Shown here: positions 47,134-56,530 of the stretch, piece by piece
Layout: each line of letters begins with the position of its first letter
Numbering within the stretch: the stretch's first letter is position 1
Assembly (NCBI GenBank): GCA_028706715.1
Contig: JAQTVQ010000002.1
Span: 3,510 to 67,509, forward strand
Direction of reading: 5' to 3'
Origin: Minisyncoccota bacterium
Lineage (GTDB): Bacteria; Patescibacteriota; Minisyncoccia; Minisyncoccales; JAQTVQ01
Length of the DNA stretch: 64,000 nucleotides
Program-made: the position numbers and the translations under genes
The notes under the pieces: generated by a model
Told to the model about the DNA's origin: nothing
The model's input: only the letters and a program-made list of their open reading frames with translations
Databases searched by the model: none

Positions 47134-49179
47134 TTAATATATCATCTCTCCGGTGGTGGTGCTGTAAAGGTGGACAGGAGTTGTTGTTTGGTTTGGGTTT
47201 AATGAGTTTTCCGTTGCCGGAGGAGGAGAGGGATCGCTGTTTGAAGCGGGAAGATTAATCATTTGTTCTCCCACTTTTGGCAAGGCGTAAAGAAGAAACG
47301 ACCTCCAAATAGGTCCGGCTAAAGCTTCACTAATCTTCTGCATTGTTGCCCTGTTGTTGTTGCCCGTCCAAACGCCGACAGCTAAATTTGAAGTATATCC
47401 GATCGTCCAGCCGTCTTTGTTTTCTTGGGTTGTTCCGGTCTTAACGGAAACTTTGTAATTCTCAAAATAAAGATTTGATCTTGGCCCGAAAACAGGAGTT
47501 CTAGCTTCGTTGTCGGACAAAATATCGGTTATTAAACTGCAGACATCTTTTTCTAAAACTTTTTTAGGAGTGGGGCTGTTTTTGTATAAAATATTTCCGT
47601 TTGCATCTTCTATTTTTAAGATGGCGGAGGGCGGGATGCGGTATCCTCCGTTGGCAAAAACGCTATAAGCGGAAACCATATCTATTAGCTTGACGTCTCC
47701 GGCGCCGAGAACCAAAGGAAGGCCGTAAAACGAGGCCGGCTCATTGAGAGTTGTTATTCCCATTGCTTTTGCCATAGCAATGCTGTCCTCCAGTCCGGCC
47801 ATATCTCTTAAAACCTTTAAAGCCGGAATGTTGAGGGATTGAGCCAAGGCGTTTCTTAAGGTAATCGGGCCTCGGAAGTATCCGTCATAATTTTGAGGAA
47901 TATAGTGTTTTCCTCCAAAAACTCCAAAATCGGTCAATTCGTCTACAACGATGCTTTTATCGTTAAATCCTTTGCGAAAAGCTTCAGCGTAAACAAAAGG
48001 CTTGAAAGAAGATCCCGGCTGTCTGTTTCCCTGCGAGGCAACATTGAAGTCGGGAACAAACTTACAAGTGGCGGTCGGATCGCATCCTTCAGGGAAAGGA
48101 TCGGCTTCAGGGTCTGCCGAACCGACCATTGCCAGTATCTCTCCGTTCTTGGGGTTTATCGCGACGAGAGAGCCGTTATACGCTCCGTAAGCATTGTTTC
48201 TTTCTGTTCCTTCTTTGACTTCTTTTTCCGCCGCTCTTTGCAAATCCCAGTCAAGAGTTGTATAAACTTTTAATCCTTTTGTTTCCAAAAAGCTTTGGCC
48301 GTATTCTCTTTCTATTTGTTGTTTTACATAATTGACAAAATGAGGAGAGAGGGTTTTAGGGAGGCTGTTAAAGGAAAGAACTTCTTCTTTTGCCTCTTCT
48401 GCCTCCTTTTCCGTAATGTAGTGCTCTTGAGCCATTCTGTCCAAAACGTAATCTTTTCTTATTAAAAGCCTTTCCAACTTTTCTCCATAAGGGTTGTAGT
48501 AGCTGGGAGCTTGGATTATTGCCGCCAAAAGAGCGGCTTGAGCCAGGCTTATTTCAGAAACAGGCCTGTTAAAATAAGTCAAAGACGCTTCCTGGGCTCC
48601 GTAAATATTTATACCGAAAGGAACTTGATTTAAATACCATTCCAATATTTGCTCTTTGGAATATTTATTATCCAATTCAATGGCTAAAATTATTTCTTTT
48701 AATTTTCTGTCTATTGTCTTTTCGTTACTTAAAAGAGATGATCTGATTAGCTGCTGGGTGATAGTAGAGGCTCCCTGTTGAGCTTCTTTAATCTGTAAAT
48801 CCACCTTGATAGCTCTGGCTATTCCTTGAAAATCTATTCCATGGTGCTGGTAAAATCTGGCGTCTTCGGTAGATACCACCGCTTTTTGTAAAATTTCCGG
48901 CAATTTATCAATAGTTAAATATGTTCTTTTTTCTTCTCCGTAAATGCTTGAAAGAACGATTTCTCCGGTTCTGTCATAAATTTTTGTCGCTTGGTTTATT
49001 ATGTTTTCGTTAAAGTTTTCGGGGCGGGGAAGCTCTTTAGTGTAAAGAAAAAACAGGGCTGCGACCAAAACAGAGCCGGATAACGCCCCCCAAAAAGCAA
49101 CCTTAAAAACAAAAAACAAACTCTTGCCGAGGCCGTTTATTGTTTTATAAACCGTTAAAAATCTTTTTCTTTTTACCAT
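47134..49179 (-). CDS. Class A penicillin-binding protein
   Basis: EDARFYQH, GASTITQQL, RKLKE, SSFK, SLN, KTGT. Confidence 0.95.
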   Translation of the reverse strand: MVKRKRFLTVYKTINGLGKSLFFVFKVAFWGALSGSVLVAALFFLYTKELPRPENFNENIINQATKIYDRTGEIVLSSIYGEEKRTYLTIDKLPEILQKAVVSTEDARFYQHHGIDFQGIARAIKVDLQIKEAQQGASTITQQLIRSSLLSNEKTIDRKLKEIILAIELDNKYSKEQILEWYLNQVPFGINIYGAQEASLTYFNRPVSEISLAQAALLAAIIQAPSYYNPYGEKLERLLIRKDYVLDRMAQEHYITEKEAEEAKEEVLSFNSLPKTLSPHFVNYVKQQIEREYGQSFLETKGLKVYTTLDWDLQRAAEKEVKEGTERNNAYGAYNGSLVAINPKNGEILAMVGSADPEADPFPEGCDPTATCKFVPDFNVASQGNRQPGSSFKPFVYAEAFRKGFNDKSIVVDELTDFGVFGGKHYIPQNYDGYFRGPITLRNALAQSLNIPALKVLRDMAGLEDSIAMAKAMGITTLNEPASFYGLPLVLGAGDVKLIDMVSAYSVFANGGYRIPPSAILKIEDANGNILYKNSPTPKKVLEKDVCSLITDILSDNEARTPVFGPRSNLYFENYKVSVKTGTTQENKDGWTIGYTSNLAVGVWTGNNNRATMQKISEALAGPIWRSFLLYALPKVGEQMINLPASNSDPSPPPATENSLNPNQTTTPVHLYSTTTGEMIY

Positions 49180-49286
49180 TTTTTAATTTTATCATTATAT
49201 CTTAAAACATCAACCGTTTTTACAAATAATTTTTTTTAAGATAAACTGGAAAAAGTAATTTAATAAGAAATAATGCTTATACTATT

Positions 49287-50183
49287 GTGCAGGAAAAAAT
49301 AGAAGATGTTTTAACCAGGGGAGTAAAGAAAGTTTTAAGCCAAGATCTTTTAAAAAGAGAGATTGAATCGGAAAAAATATCCATTAAAATGGGGATAGAT
49401 CCCGCTAACTCCGGTTTTCATTTAGGAGATTTGGCCTCTTTTCTTAAATTGAAGGATTTTCAAGATTTGGGCCATAAAATTATTTTGGTTATAGGGGATT
49501 TTACTTCGCAGATTGAAGATATCCCGGACAATATTGTTTCTTTCAGTCCTGTGTCAGAGAAAGAAATTGAAGCAAACATTGAGAGGTTAACGCCCCAAAT
49601 AAAAAACTTTTTAGATCCGGAGAAAACAAGAATATACCGCAATAAAGAGTGGCTAACCCGTATGACCGCAAAAAATCTATTTATGGTCTCTCAAGGGTTT
49701 GCTTTACAGAAGATGATTGAAAGAGAGAAAATTGAGGATGGATGGGAGAAGGGCCGGCCCATAAGATTGCACGAGCTTTTGCGTCCTCTTTTTCAGGGAT
49801 ACGATTCCGTAGCCGTAAGGTGCGACCTTGAAATAGGAGGAGAAGACCAGTGGCTTAGCCTTCAAGCAGGAAGAGAAGTCCAAAAATTTTTTGGACAAAA
49901 ACAGCAGAATTTAATGGCTTTAAAAACTGTCAGCGGCCTTGACGGGCAAAAGATGTCTTTTGACCGGAAAAATGCCATTGATATAGAAAGCTCTTCAGAG
50001 GAATTACGTAAAAAAATAATGCTTTTAAAAAATAATCAAGTCTTTGATTATTTTGAGTGTTGCACGAGAGTCCCAACGGAAGAGATAGAAGAAATGCAAA
50101 GATCTGCGCAGAACAGGCCGTCCGGACTTGAAGATTTGAAGAAAAAACTGTCAGAGGAAATTATAAAAATTCTAAAAGAGTAG
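49287..50183 (+). CDS. Tyrosyl-tRNA synthetase-like protein with degenerate motifs, no S4 domain
   Basis: GIDP, HLGD, IGDFT, QGYDS, GGEDQ, KMSFD. Confidence 0.8.
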   Translation: MQEKIEDVLTRGVKKVLSQDLLKREIESEKISIKMGIDPANSGFHLGDLASFLKLKDFQDLGHKIILVIGDFTSQIEDIPDNIVSFSPVSEKEIEANIERLTPQIKNFLDPEKTRIYRNKEWLTRMTAKNLFMVSQGFALQKMIEREKIEDGWEKGRPIRLHELLRPLFQGYDSVAVRCDLEIGGEDQWLSLQAGREVQKFFGQKQQNLMALKTVSGLDGQKMSFDRKNAIDIESSSEELRKKIMLLKNNQVFDYFECCTRVPTEEIEEMQRSAQNRPSGLEDLKKKLSEEIIKILKE

Positions 50184-50202
50184 AAGTTTTGGATTGTTGA
50201 AT

Positions 50203-50706
50203 TTAAGACTTTCCTGCAAGCTTTAAAGCGTCGCTTCCGCAGATTGCCGCAGCCAAAGCGTCTGCCGCATCGTCGGGTTTCGGCAGCTTTTTTAATTTTA
50301 AAAGGAACTGAACCATTTTTTGCACTTGCAGTTTTTCCGCTCGGCCGTATCCGCAAACACTGGTCTTGATCTGCAGAGGGGTAAACTCATAGATAGGGAT
50401 GCCTTTTTTTGCCGTTTCCAATAAAATAACTCCGCGCGCTTGGCTTACGGGCATAGCGGTTTTTAGATTTTTGAAAAAATAAAGGCTTTCAATAACGACA
50501 GCCCGCGGTTCGTATTTGTCAATTAACTTTACCAAGCTGGAGCTGATTTGGACCAGTCTTCTGCCCGCTTCCGATTTAGAGCTGGTTTTTATAACGCCGT
50601 AATCAACGCAAGACAAAATCCTGTCTTTCTTTTCTTTTAAGATTTTGCTCTCAATCACTCCGTAGCCGGTAGTTGCCGTTCCGGGATCTATCCCCAAAAT
50701 AATCAT
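50203..50706 (-). CDS. ruvC: Holliday junction resolvase
   Basis: ILGIDPG, IESLYF, QARGV, DDAADALA. Confidence 0.96.
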   Translation of the reverse strand: MIILGIDPGTATTGYGVIESKILKEKKDRILSCVDYGVIKTSSKSEAGRRLVQISSSLVKLIDKYEPRAVVIESLYFFKNLKTAMPVSQARGVILLETAKKGIPIYEFTPLQIKTSVCGYGRAEKLQVQKMVQFLLKLKKLPKPDDAADALAAAICGSDALKLAGKS

Positions 50707-50728
50707 CAAAGGAAAAAATTAATCTTGT

Positions 50729-51460
50729 TTAAAATTTTAAATTTGAAAAAGTCTTGGAGACGTCATCGCTGGCTTCCAATTCTTCCAAGAGTTTTTGGTT
50801 CGCCGCCATTGCTTTTTCGTCAACGGCGACTTCTTCCTTTGCAAACCAGCCCAAAGAAGATTCCTCAATTTTTATTCCTGCCGATTCAATATTTTTTTTG
50901 ACCTGGTCCAGCTCTTCCATCTTTGTAAAAACCTCTAAAATATTTTCATCCCAGCTTGTGTTTTCGGCTCCGGCTTCAATGGCCGCCATCTCAAGATCTT
51001 CTTTTGAACTTTTTTCAGGAGATTGGGAGTCAATATCAATAACTATATATCCTTTATTGTCAAACATCCAGCGAATTGCTCCTTCGTTAACAATCTTGCC
51101 GTTGTTTTTATTAAGGATATTCCTTGTTTCGCTTAAAGATCTGTTTTTGTTGTCAGTGATTCCTTCCGCTATTATGGCTGTCCCTCCCGGGCCGTAAGCC
51201 TCTATTGAGAAACACTCCAGCGCCGCGCCCGGAAGTTTTCCGGCGCCTCTTAAAATGGCGCGTTCAATGTTTTCCCTTGGCATATTAAAGCCTCGCGCCT
51301 TTTCAATAACCGCTTTTAACTTGGAGTTTGTTTCCGGGTTGTCCCCGGTCTTTGCTTCTATAGCAATTTCTCTAGCCAGTTTGGAAAAATTGGCGCTTCT
51401 CTGCGCGTCAGCCAATCCTTTTTTATGTTTTATTCCTGCCCAATGGGAATGACCGCTCAT
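50729..51460 (-). CDS. yebC: YebC/PmpR family protein
   Basis: MSGHSHW, NMPRENIERAI, EAYGPGG, TDNKNR. Confidence 0.95.
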   Translation of the reverse strand: MSGHSHWAGIKHKKGLADAQRSANFSKLAREIAIEAKTGDNPETNSKLKAVIEKARGFNMPRENIERAILRGAGKLPGAALECFSIEAYGPGGTAIIAEGITDNKNRSLSETRNILNKNNGKIVNEGAIRWMFDNKGYIVIDIDSQSPEKSSKEDLEMAAIEAGAENTSWDENILEVFTKMEELDQVKKNIESAGIKIEESSLGWFAKEEVAVDEKAMAANQKLLEELEASDDVSKTFSNLKF

Positions 51461-51530
51461 AGTTTTTTGATCGCCTTGCCATAGCTCCCGAAGACCTGCT
51501 CTCGGCAGGAAGAGGAGAGAAAAGGCGGAG

Positions 51531-52271
51531 TTAATAGCCTTGATTATTTAAAGACCTTTTTAAGAAAACGATAATTATTCCGCTAAAAAAAGAATAAAGA
51601 AAAGAAAAGCCCTGTTTTTTTAATCCTATTGTCTTGCGAGCTGCGTCAATGTTGCCGTCAAAGCTATAATCAGGGGAGTTTGCGGCAATGGCCTGTTCTG
51701 CGTATTCTTGCTTTTCTATAAGGCCGTTTTCTTTTTTAGGGGTTCCTCCGGCGAAAGCGCTTGTCTGCCAACTGTCAGCCGAAGATCCGTCTTTGCCGAA
51801 GCTTATTCTTTCCATGGTTTGCTTGGAAGAATTGTCTCCCTTGAACCATCCGCCGGAACAATCAACCTCGTCAACAAGAACGCCGTTTCCATCATAAAGG
51901 CCCAGTTTTTTTCCTTTATTTGACAATGGGCCCTTAAAGATAATGTCCGCGGGAATTTCCGGCAAAGATTGATCGTCGGTTCGTTCTAAAATGTAAAAGC
52001 CTTTAGCAGGGATTGTTCCTGTTAGCTCAATATTAATAGAATCTTGAGCTTTTAAGCTCCAGCTGTTTAAACTTATACCATAATTAGCGTTATTGTAAAG
52101 CTCTATCCACTCATCGTTGGCGGACTTTTCTGTTCCCATCCATGCTATTTCGTTGATTTCAACCTTTCTTTCTTCTGAAGCTAAGCATTTGGAAAAAAGA
52201 AAAAACAAGCAAAAAAACAGAAAGAAGGAAAAGAGAATCAAATCAAATAAGATTGGCTGTCTTTTTCCCAT
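51531..52271 (-). CDS. Lamin-tail-domain protein, membrane anchored
   Basis: INEIAWMGT, EWIELYN, TMER, GTP; hydrophobic termini. Confidence 0.85.
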   Translation of the reverse strand: MGKRQPILFDLILFSFFLFFCLFFLFSKCLASEERKVEINEIAWMGTEKSANDEWIELYNNANYGISLNSWSLKAQDSINIELTGTIPAKGFYILERTDDQSLPEIPADIIFKGPLSNKGKKLGLYDGNGVLVDEVDCSGGWFKGDNSSKQTMERISFGKDGSSADSWQTSAFAGGTPKKENGLIEKQEYAEQAIAANSPDYSFDGNIDAARKTIGLKKQGFSFLYSFFSGIIIVFLKRSLNNQGY

Positions 52272-53254
52272 TTTATTTTTAGGTGGTTGTAAGCCGATTT
52301 AGCGGCAATTCGGCCTTGAGAGGTTCTTTCAATCATTCCCAGCTGCATTAAATAGGGCTCGTAAAGATTTAAAATGGTTTCTTCTTCTTCCGCTGCGGCC
52401 GCAGCCAAAGATTTTATCCCCACAGGGCCTCCTTGAAATTTTTTTATCATTATTTCCAAAAGGTTTCTATCGGAAGGCCCCAGCCCTTTTTCGTCAATTT
52501 CCAAAAAACTTAAAGAGCTTTTTACTATTTTTTCAGTAACTATTCCTTCTCCTTCTATTTCGGCAAAGTCCCGAACTCTTTTTAGCAGGTTGTTGGCGAT
52601 GCGAGGAGTGAAGCGGGAACTGCGAGCCAAAAAAGACAGGGCTTCGGATTTTATTTTTATTCCAAGAATATCTGCCGATCTTTGCAGTATTCTTTCCAGT
52701 TCTTCTTGCTTATAAAAGTTCAATTGGTATACTCCTCCGAACCGGCTGTGCAGGGGAGAGGAAAGAAGGCCGGCTCTTGTGGTAGCTCCGATAAGGGTAA
52801 ATTTCGGCAAATCAATTTCCAAGGTTTTTGCCATAGGCCCCTTTCCCATCACAATGTTCATTTTGAAATCTTCAATTGCGGAATACAAGTATTCTTCAAT
52901 TGTTTTGCAAATGCGATGAATTTCGTCAATAAAAATAACATCTCCCTCGGAAAGGCTTGTCAGGAGGGCGGCGAGATCTCCAATTCTTTCAATCGCCGGG
53001 CCGGAAGTTACCCTTATGTCCGAGCCTAGCTCTTTTGCAATAAGATAAGCCAAACTTGTTTTTCCCAAACCGGCGTTGCCGTAGAAAAGAAGATGATCCG
53101 GCGCCTCTTTTCTTTTTTTTGCCGCGTCAATTATTATTTTAACGTTTCTTTTAATCTTTTCTTGGCCGATATAATCACCCCATGCTTGAGGCCTTAAAGT
53201 GGAATCTATTTTTTCGTCAGGGCCTTCTTCAATTGTTTTGTTCTTGACAGACAT
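52238..53254 (-). CDS. ruvB: Holliday junction helicase RuvB
   Basis: LRP, GLGKT, TSGP, FIDEIHR, GATTR, TPRIAN, EPYL. Confidence 0.97.
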   Translation of the reverse strand: MSVKNKTIEEGPDEKIDSTLRPQAWGDYIGQEKIKRNVKIIIDAAKKRKEAPDHLLFYGNAGLGKTSLAYLIAKELGSDIRVTSGPAIERIGDLAALLTSLSEGDVIFIDEIHRICKTIEEYLYSAIEDFKMNIVMGKGPMAKTLEIDLPKFTLIGATTRAGLLSSPLHSRFGGVYQLNFYKQEELERILQRSADILGIKIKSEALSFLARSSRFTPRIANNLLKRVRDFAEIEGEGIVTEKIVKSSLSFLEIDEKGLGPSDRNLLEIMIKKFQGGPVGIKSLAAAAAEEEETILNLYEPYLMQLGMIERTSQGRIAAKSAYNHLKIKWEKDSQSYLI

Positions 53255-53272
53255 TTTGAATTATGTTATTTT
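53244..53272 (+). promoter_or_regulatory. sigma70 promoter TTGACA-17-TATTTT with extended TG
   Basis: TTGACA 53244-53249, TG 53264-53265, TATTTT 53267-53272. Confidence 0.6.
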
Positions 53273-53278
53273 TAGGAA

Positions 53279-53416
53279 ACTGAAACAACTTCCAGACTGG
53301 GGGTAGGGGTTTCTTCTGATTTGGACAATCTGGATTCGTCTGGGCTGATCCTCAAAGAAATTCTGCGCCTAAGTAAGCCTATACTTAAGTCCCCCAGTCC
53401 GGGGGTTGTTTTTTTT
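53279..53416 (+). ncRNA. Putative ~140 nt structured RNA (6S-like rod)
   Basis: Ends pair (AAACAACTTCC-A-GACTGGGGG / CCCCCAGTC-C-GGGGGTTGTTT), central bubble, UUCG apex, U8 tail, own promoter. Confidence 0.55.
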
Positions 53417-53427
53417 GCTTTAAAATC

Positions 53428-54732
53428 TTACCCGGCCGCTTTTTCTATCTCTTCTATTGTTGTTGTCCCTTCTAAAACTTTTAAAAACCCGTCTGCTTTC
53501 ATAGGGATCATCCCTTTTTCTATGGCTTTTTTGGACAGCTCGGAAATGGTGGGTTCGGAAGCTATAAAGTTTTCCAAATCGCTGTCTCTTTTTATGGCTT
53601 CATATATTCCAACCCGCCCCTTGTATCCGGTATTGTTGCATTTTTCACATCCTTTAGGCTCATAGACGACAAGGTCTTCTGCTTTTGGATATCTTTTGAG
53701 TATTTCTGCGGGAACAGCGCTTAAAAAGTTTTCAATTTTAGAGATTTCTTCAATTGATGCCGGTCTTGGCTCTGCGCAGTTCTTGCAGATTTTTCTAACC
53801 AGCCTTTGGGCGATAATAAGATTGATGGCGGGGCCGATATTGCAGGCCTTTATTCCCATGCTGGCCAGCCTGGAAACGGTTCCGGCCGCGTCGTTTGTAT
53901 GGAGAGTGCTAAAGACCAAATGTCCTGTTAAGGAAGCTTGAAGAGCTATTTCAGCCGTTTCCGCGTCTCTTATTTCTCCTACCAATATAACGTCCGGATC
54001 TTGCCTCACTATTGATTTTAATCCGGAGGCAAAATCGTATCCTTTTTCAGCGGCTGTTTGCGTTTGGGAAATGTCTTTTAAATGATACTCTATCGGGTCT
54101 TCAATGGTAATGATTTTTATTTCGGGATCTTTTATTTTTTTTAAGAAAGCGTAAAGGGTGGTTGTCTTTCCGGATCCTGTCGGCCCCGTTACGATAATCA
54201 TTCCATTCGGCTTTTTAATCTCGGAGGTAAAAGTTTCGTAAAGGTCTTCTCTTAGCCCCAAATCTTCCAAATTTATTAAATTTTTAGGGTTTAATATTCT
54301 TAAAACCGCCGTTTCTCCGTATTCGGTAGGCAAAGTAGAAGCTCTTATTTCTATCTCCTCATCAGGCATAGATATTGAGAACCTTCCGTCTTGAGGCTTG
54401 TCTTCAACATTAAGCTTGAGTCCCGACAAAAGCTTGATTCTTGAGACAAGCAGAGATTGTTTTTTTGAGTCAAAAACGATAACGTCGTGGAGGCATCCGT
54501 CCAATCTTGTTCTTAATTTAGCTTGTTCTTCTTGCGCTTCCAAATGAAGGTCGGAACATCCTAAAAAAACGGATCCGGCCAAAATAGCCTGTAAGGTATA
54601 AGAAATGTCTTTATCTAAAGACGAAGATATCAGCTGATGAAAATCAGTTAAGTTTTTAACTTCGCCGGATATTTTTTCGGCAAAAGTTTTTTCAATTTCA
54701 ATTCTTCCGCTTATTTTTTGTTGCATATACAA
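53428..54732 (-). CDS. pilB: GspE/PilB-type ATPase (short, no N-terminal domain)
   Basis: SDLHLE, PQDGR, GPTGSGKTT, EDPIEY, RQDPD, GHLVFSTLH, CxxC...CxxC. Confidence 0.9.
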   Translation of the reverse strand: MYMQQKISGRIEIEKTFAEKISGEVKNLTDFHQLISSSLDKDISYTLQAILAGSVFLGCSDLHLEAQEEQAKLRTRLDGCLHDVIVFDSKKQSLLVSRIKLLSGLKLNVEDKPQDGRFSISMPDEEIEIRASTLPTEYGETAVLRILNPKNLINLEDLGLREDLYETFTSEIKKPNGMIIVTGPTGSGKTTTLYAFLKKIKDPEIKIITIEDPIEYHLKDISQTQTAAEKGYDFASGLKSIVRQDPDVILVGEIRDAETAEIALQASLTGHLVFSTLHTNDAAGTVSRLASMGIKACNIGPAINLIIAQRLVRKICKNCAEPRPASIEEISKIENFLSAVPAEILKRYPKAEDLVVYEPKGCEKCNNTGYKGRVGIYEAIKRDSDLENFIASEPTISELSKKAIEKGMIPMKADGFLKVLEGTTTIEEIEKAAG

Positions 54733-54816
54733 TTAATTTACCATATATGAAGGGCTTAGCCCAAGAGGGCAGAGCAAGAGAAGCTTTTAAGCCTTTTGGG
54801 CGGAAGATTTTTGGAC

Positions 54817-55920
54817 TTAACTCTGCCGGCTGATAATGTTCAAAATCTCTTTTTTGGCTTGGCCTAAATCCGCGACGGGAGAAGTGAAAAGGACTCCTTT
54901 GCCTCTTCTTTTTCCTTTAAGCTCTTTTTCCGATTTTTCAACAATATCTTCGTTTTCAGAATAAAAAACTCCGGCGATTTTTTTTGGGCTGCTTTGGCCT
55001 CTTTCCTCCCATAAAAAAAGAAAAGAAGGGACATTAACGGCGTCTTTGATCTCCTTTATAACGGCTCCAAGGCTTTTTGGAGAAGTTTTTGTCTTCTCAA
55101 AGTCTTTTTCAGTCAAAGAGACGGAGAAAAAAGAACCGTTTTCGCTGATTTCCATTTTTTTGAAAATTTCGGAAAGAAGCTCGCGGTATTCGTTGTCCGT
55201 CCACAAAGAAAAATCCGCTTTTTCTTTTGCTAGCCAGCTTAAAAACGGCAAAGACCTTTGATATGAGTCTTCTTTGGCGCCGTCCAAGAAGCCGTATAGA
55301 AGAGAGCTGGCGGACTTTTCGTTGACAAGCCCTAAATTTTTTAAAAAATAAGCGCAAATACGGGACAGAGAATTATCTTTTTTAACTAAATTGAAATCAG
55401 CGTATTTTTGGTTGAGGCCGGACCTGCCGATGTTAATAATTTTTATTTGAGGCAAAGAAAGCTCCGGATTTTTTTCAGCCGCCTTTTCAACATCCTGAAA
55501 ATTTTCCAGTCCCAAAGCTATTAAAAGGTCTGCGGGAGCTTCTTGATCTTCCGCGGAAGGAAGCGTTTGCCCTTGAGAAAACGGCACAGTCTTAAAAGAA
55601 AAGTCTTCCAGGCTGATTTCTCCTTCTTTCGGAGCTATATATAAGTTAACTTTTTCTCCTTTTTTTTCATAATAAACTTCAGATATGTTTTTTTTAAAAG
55701 ATATTAAAAAAGTTTTTTGCGGTGATCTTTCCTTAAAAGAGAAGATGCTTTCCGGAGCTTTTGGAAGAAAAGGGATGTTTACAATTTTATCAATATTTTT
55801 TAAACTGAAAAAAAGCGCCAAAACGGCCCCTGAAATATCCCGGTTCAGATTGCTTTGCGTAAGAATAGTTATTCTTTTTGCGCTTTTTACAGCTTCTTTT
55901 ATCCCTTTAAAGTCGTCCAT
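54817..55920 (-). CDS. Degenerate DHH-phosphoesterase-like protein
   Basis: DHH-like layout (AKRITIL, D-x2-GAxLAL, DLLIAL) but INIGRS replaces xIDHH. Confidence 0.5.
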   Translation of the reverse strand: MDDFKGIKEAVKSAKRITILTQSNLNRDISGAVLALFFSLKNIDKIVNIPFLPKAPESIFSFKERSPQKTFLISFKKNISEVYYEKKGEKVNLYIAPKEGEISLEDFSFKTVPFSQGQTLPSAEDQEAPADLLIALGLENFQDVEKAAEKNPELSLPQIKIINIGRSGLNQKYADFNLVKKDNSLSRICAYFLKNLGLVNEKSASSLLYGFLDGAKEDSYQRSLPFLSWLAKEKADFSLWTDNEYRELLSEIFKKMEISENGSFFSVSLTEKDFEKTKTSPKSLGAVIKEIKDAVNVPSFLFLWEERGQSSPKKIAGVFYSENEDIVEKSEKELKGKRRGKGVLFTSPVADLGQAKKEILNIISRQS

Positions 55921-55994
55921 AAGCTTAATCCAAGCTACTTTATTTCCGCTTAAAAGTCAATTTAAAAATCTTGCCTGAAACAAAGAAAAATCCG

Positions 55995-56516
55995 ATGCAA
56001 ATTGAAACGGCCGGGCACAAAAAAACACAAGAGCTCGGCAAAATTTTTGCTCAAGAAATTTTAAGAAAAGAGCCGCAAGGGAAAGCGGTTGTTTTGGCCT
56101 TAACAGGAGATCTCGGAGGGGGAAAAACCACTTTTTGCCAAGGGATTGCCAAAGGGCTTGGAGTAAAGAATAAAATTACAAGCCCCACTTTCAATATTTT
56201 CAAAAAATTCAAGATCCCCCTATATGGAAGAGGGGCCTTCCAAAAAAAGAAATTCCAGTATTTTTATCATTTTGACTGCTACCGTCTTTTGGGGCCGAAA
56301 GATTTAAAAGAGCTAGGATTTAAAGATATTGTTTCTTCTCCTGAAAATGTCGTTTTGCTGGAGTGGGCGGAAAAGGTGGAAAAAGCCCTGCCCAAAGACT
56401 CTGTTTGGCTGCATTTTGATTTTGCCGGCAAAACCAAAAGAAAAATATTGCTGGATAAAAAAAGAGAAAAAGAACCAAAAGGAACCTCCCGGCGGCAAAA
56501 AGTTAAAAAGCCATAA
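55995..56516 (+). CDS. tsaE: t6A biosynthesis ATPase
   Basis: GDLGGGKTTF, SPTF, HFDCYRL, EWAE. Confidence 0.95.
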   Translation: MQIETAGHKKTQELGKIFAQEILRKEPQGKAVVLALTGDLGGGKTTFCQGIAKGLGVKNKITSPTFNIFKKFKIPLYGRGAFQKKKFQYFYHFDCYRLLGPKDLKELGFKDIVSSPENVVLLEWAEKVEKALPKDSVWLHFDFAGKTKRKILLDKKREKEPKGTSRRQKVKKP

Positions 56517-56530
56517 GCGATTTTGAAGCT

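Noticed and set aside
51472-51530. Hairpin-like spacer upstream of yebC
   Set aside because: Only short imperfect pairings and no second copy seen.
53321-53665. 114-aa plus-strand ORF
   Set aside because: Overlaps pilB antisense and the structured RNA; no protein features.
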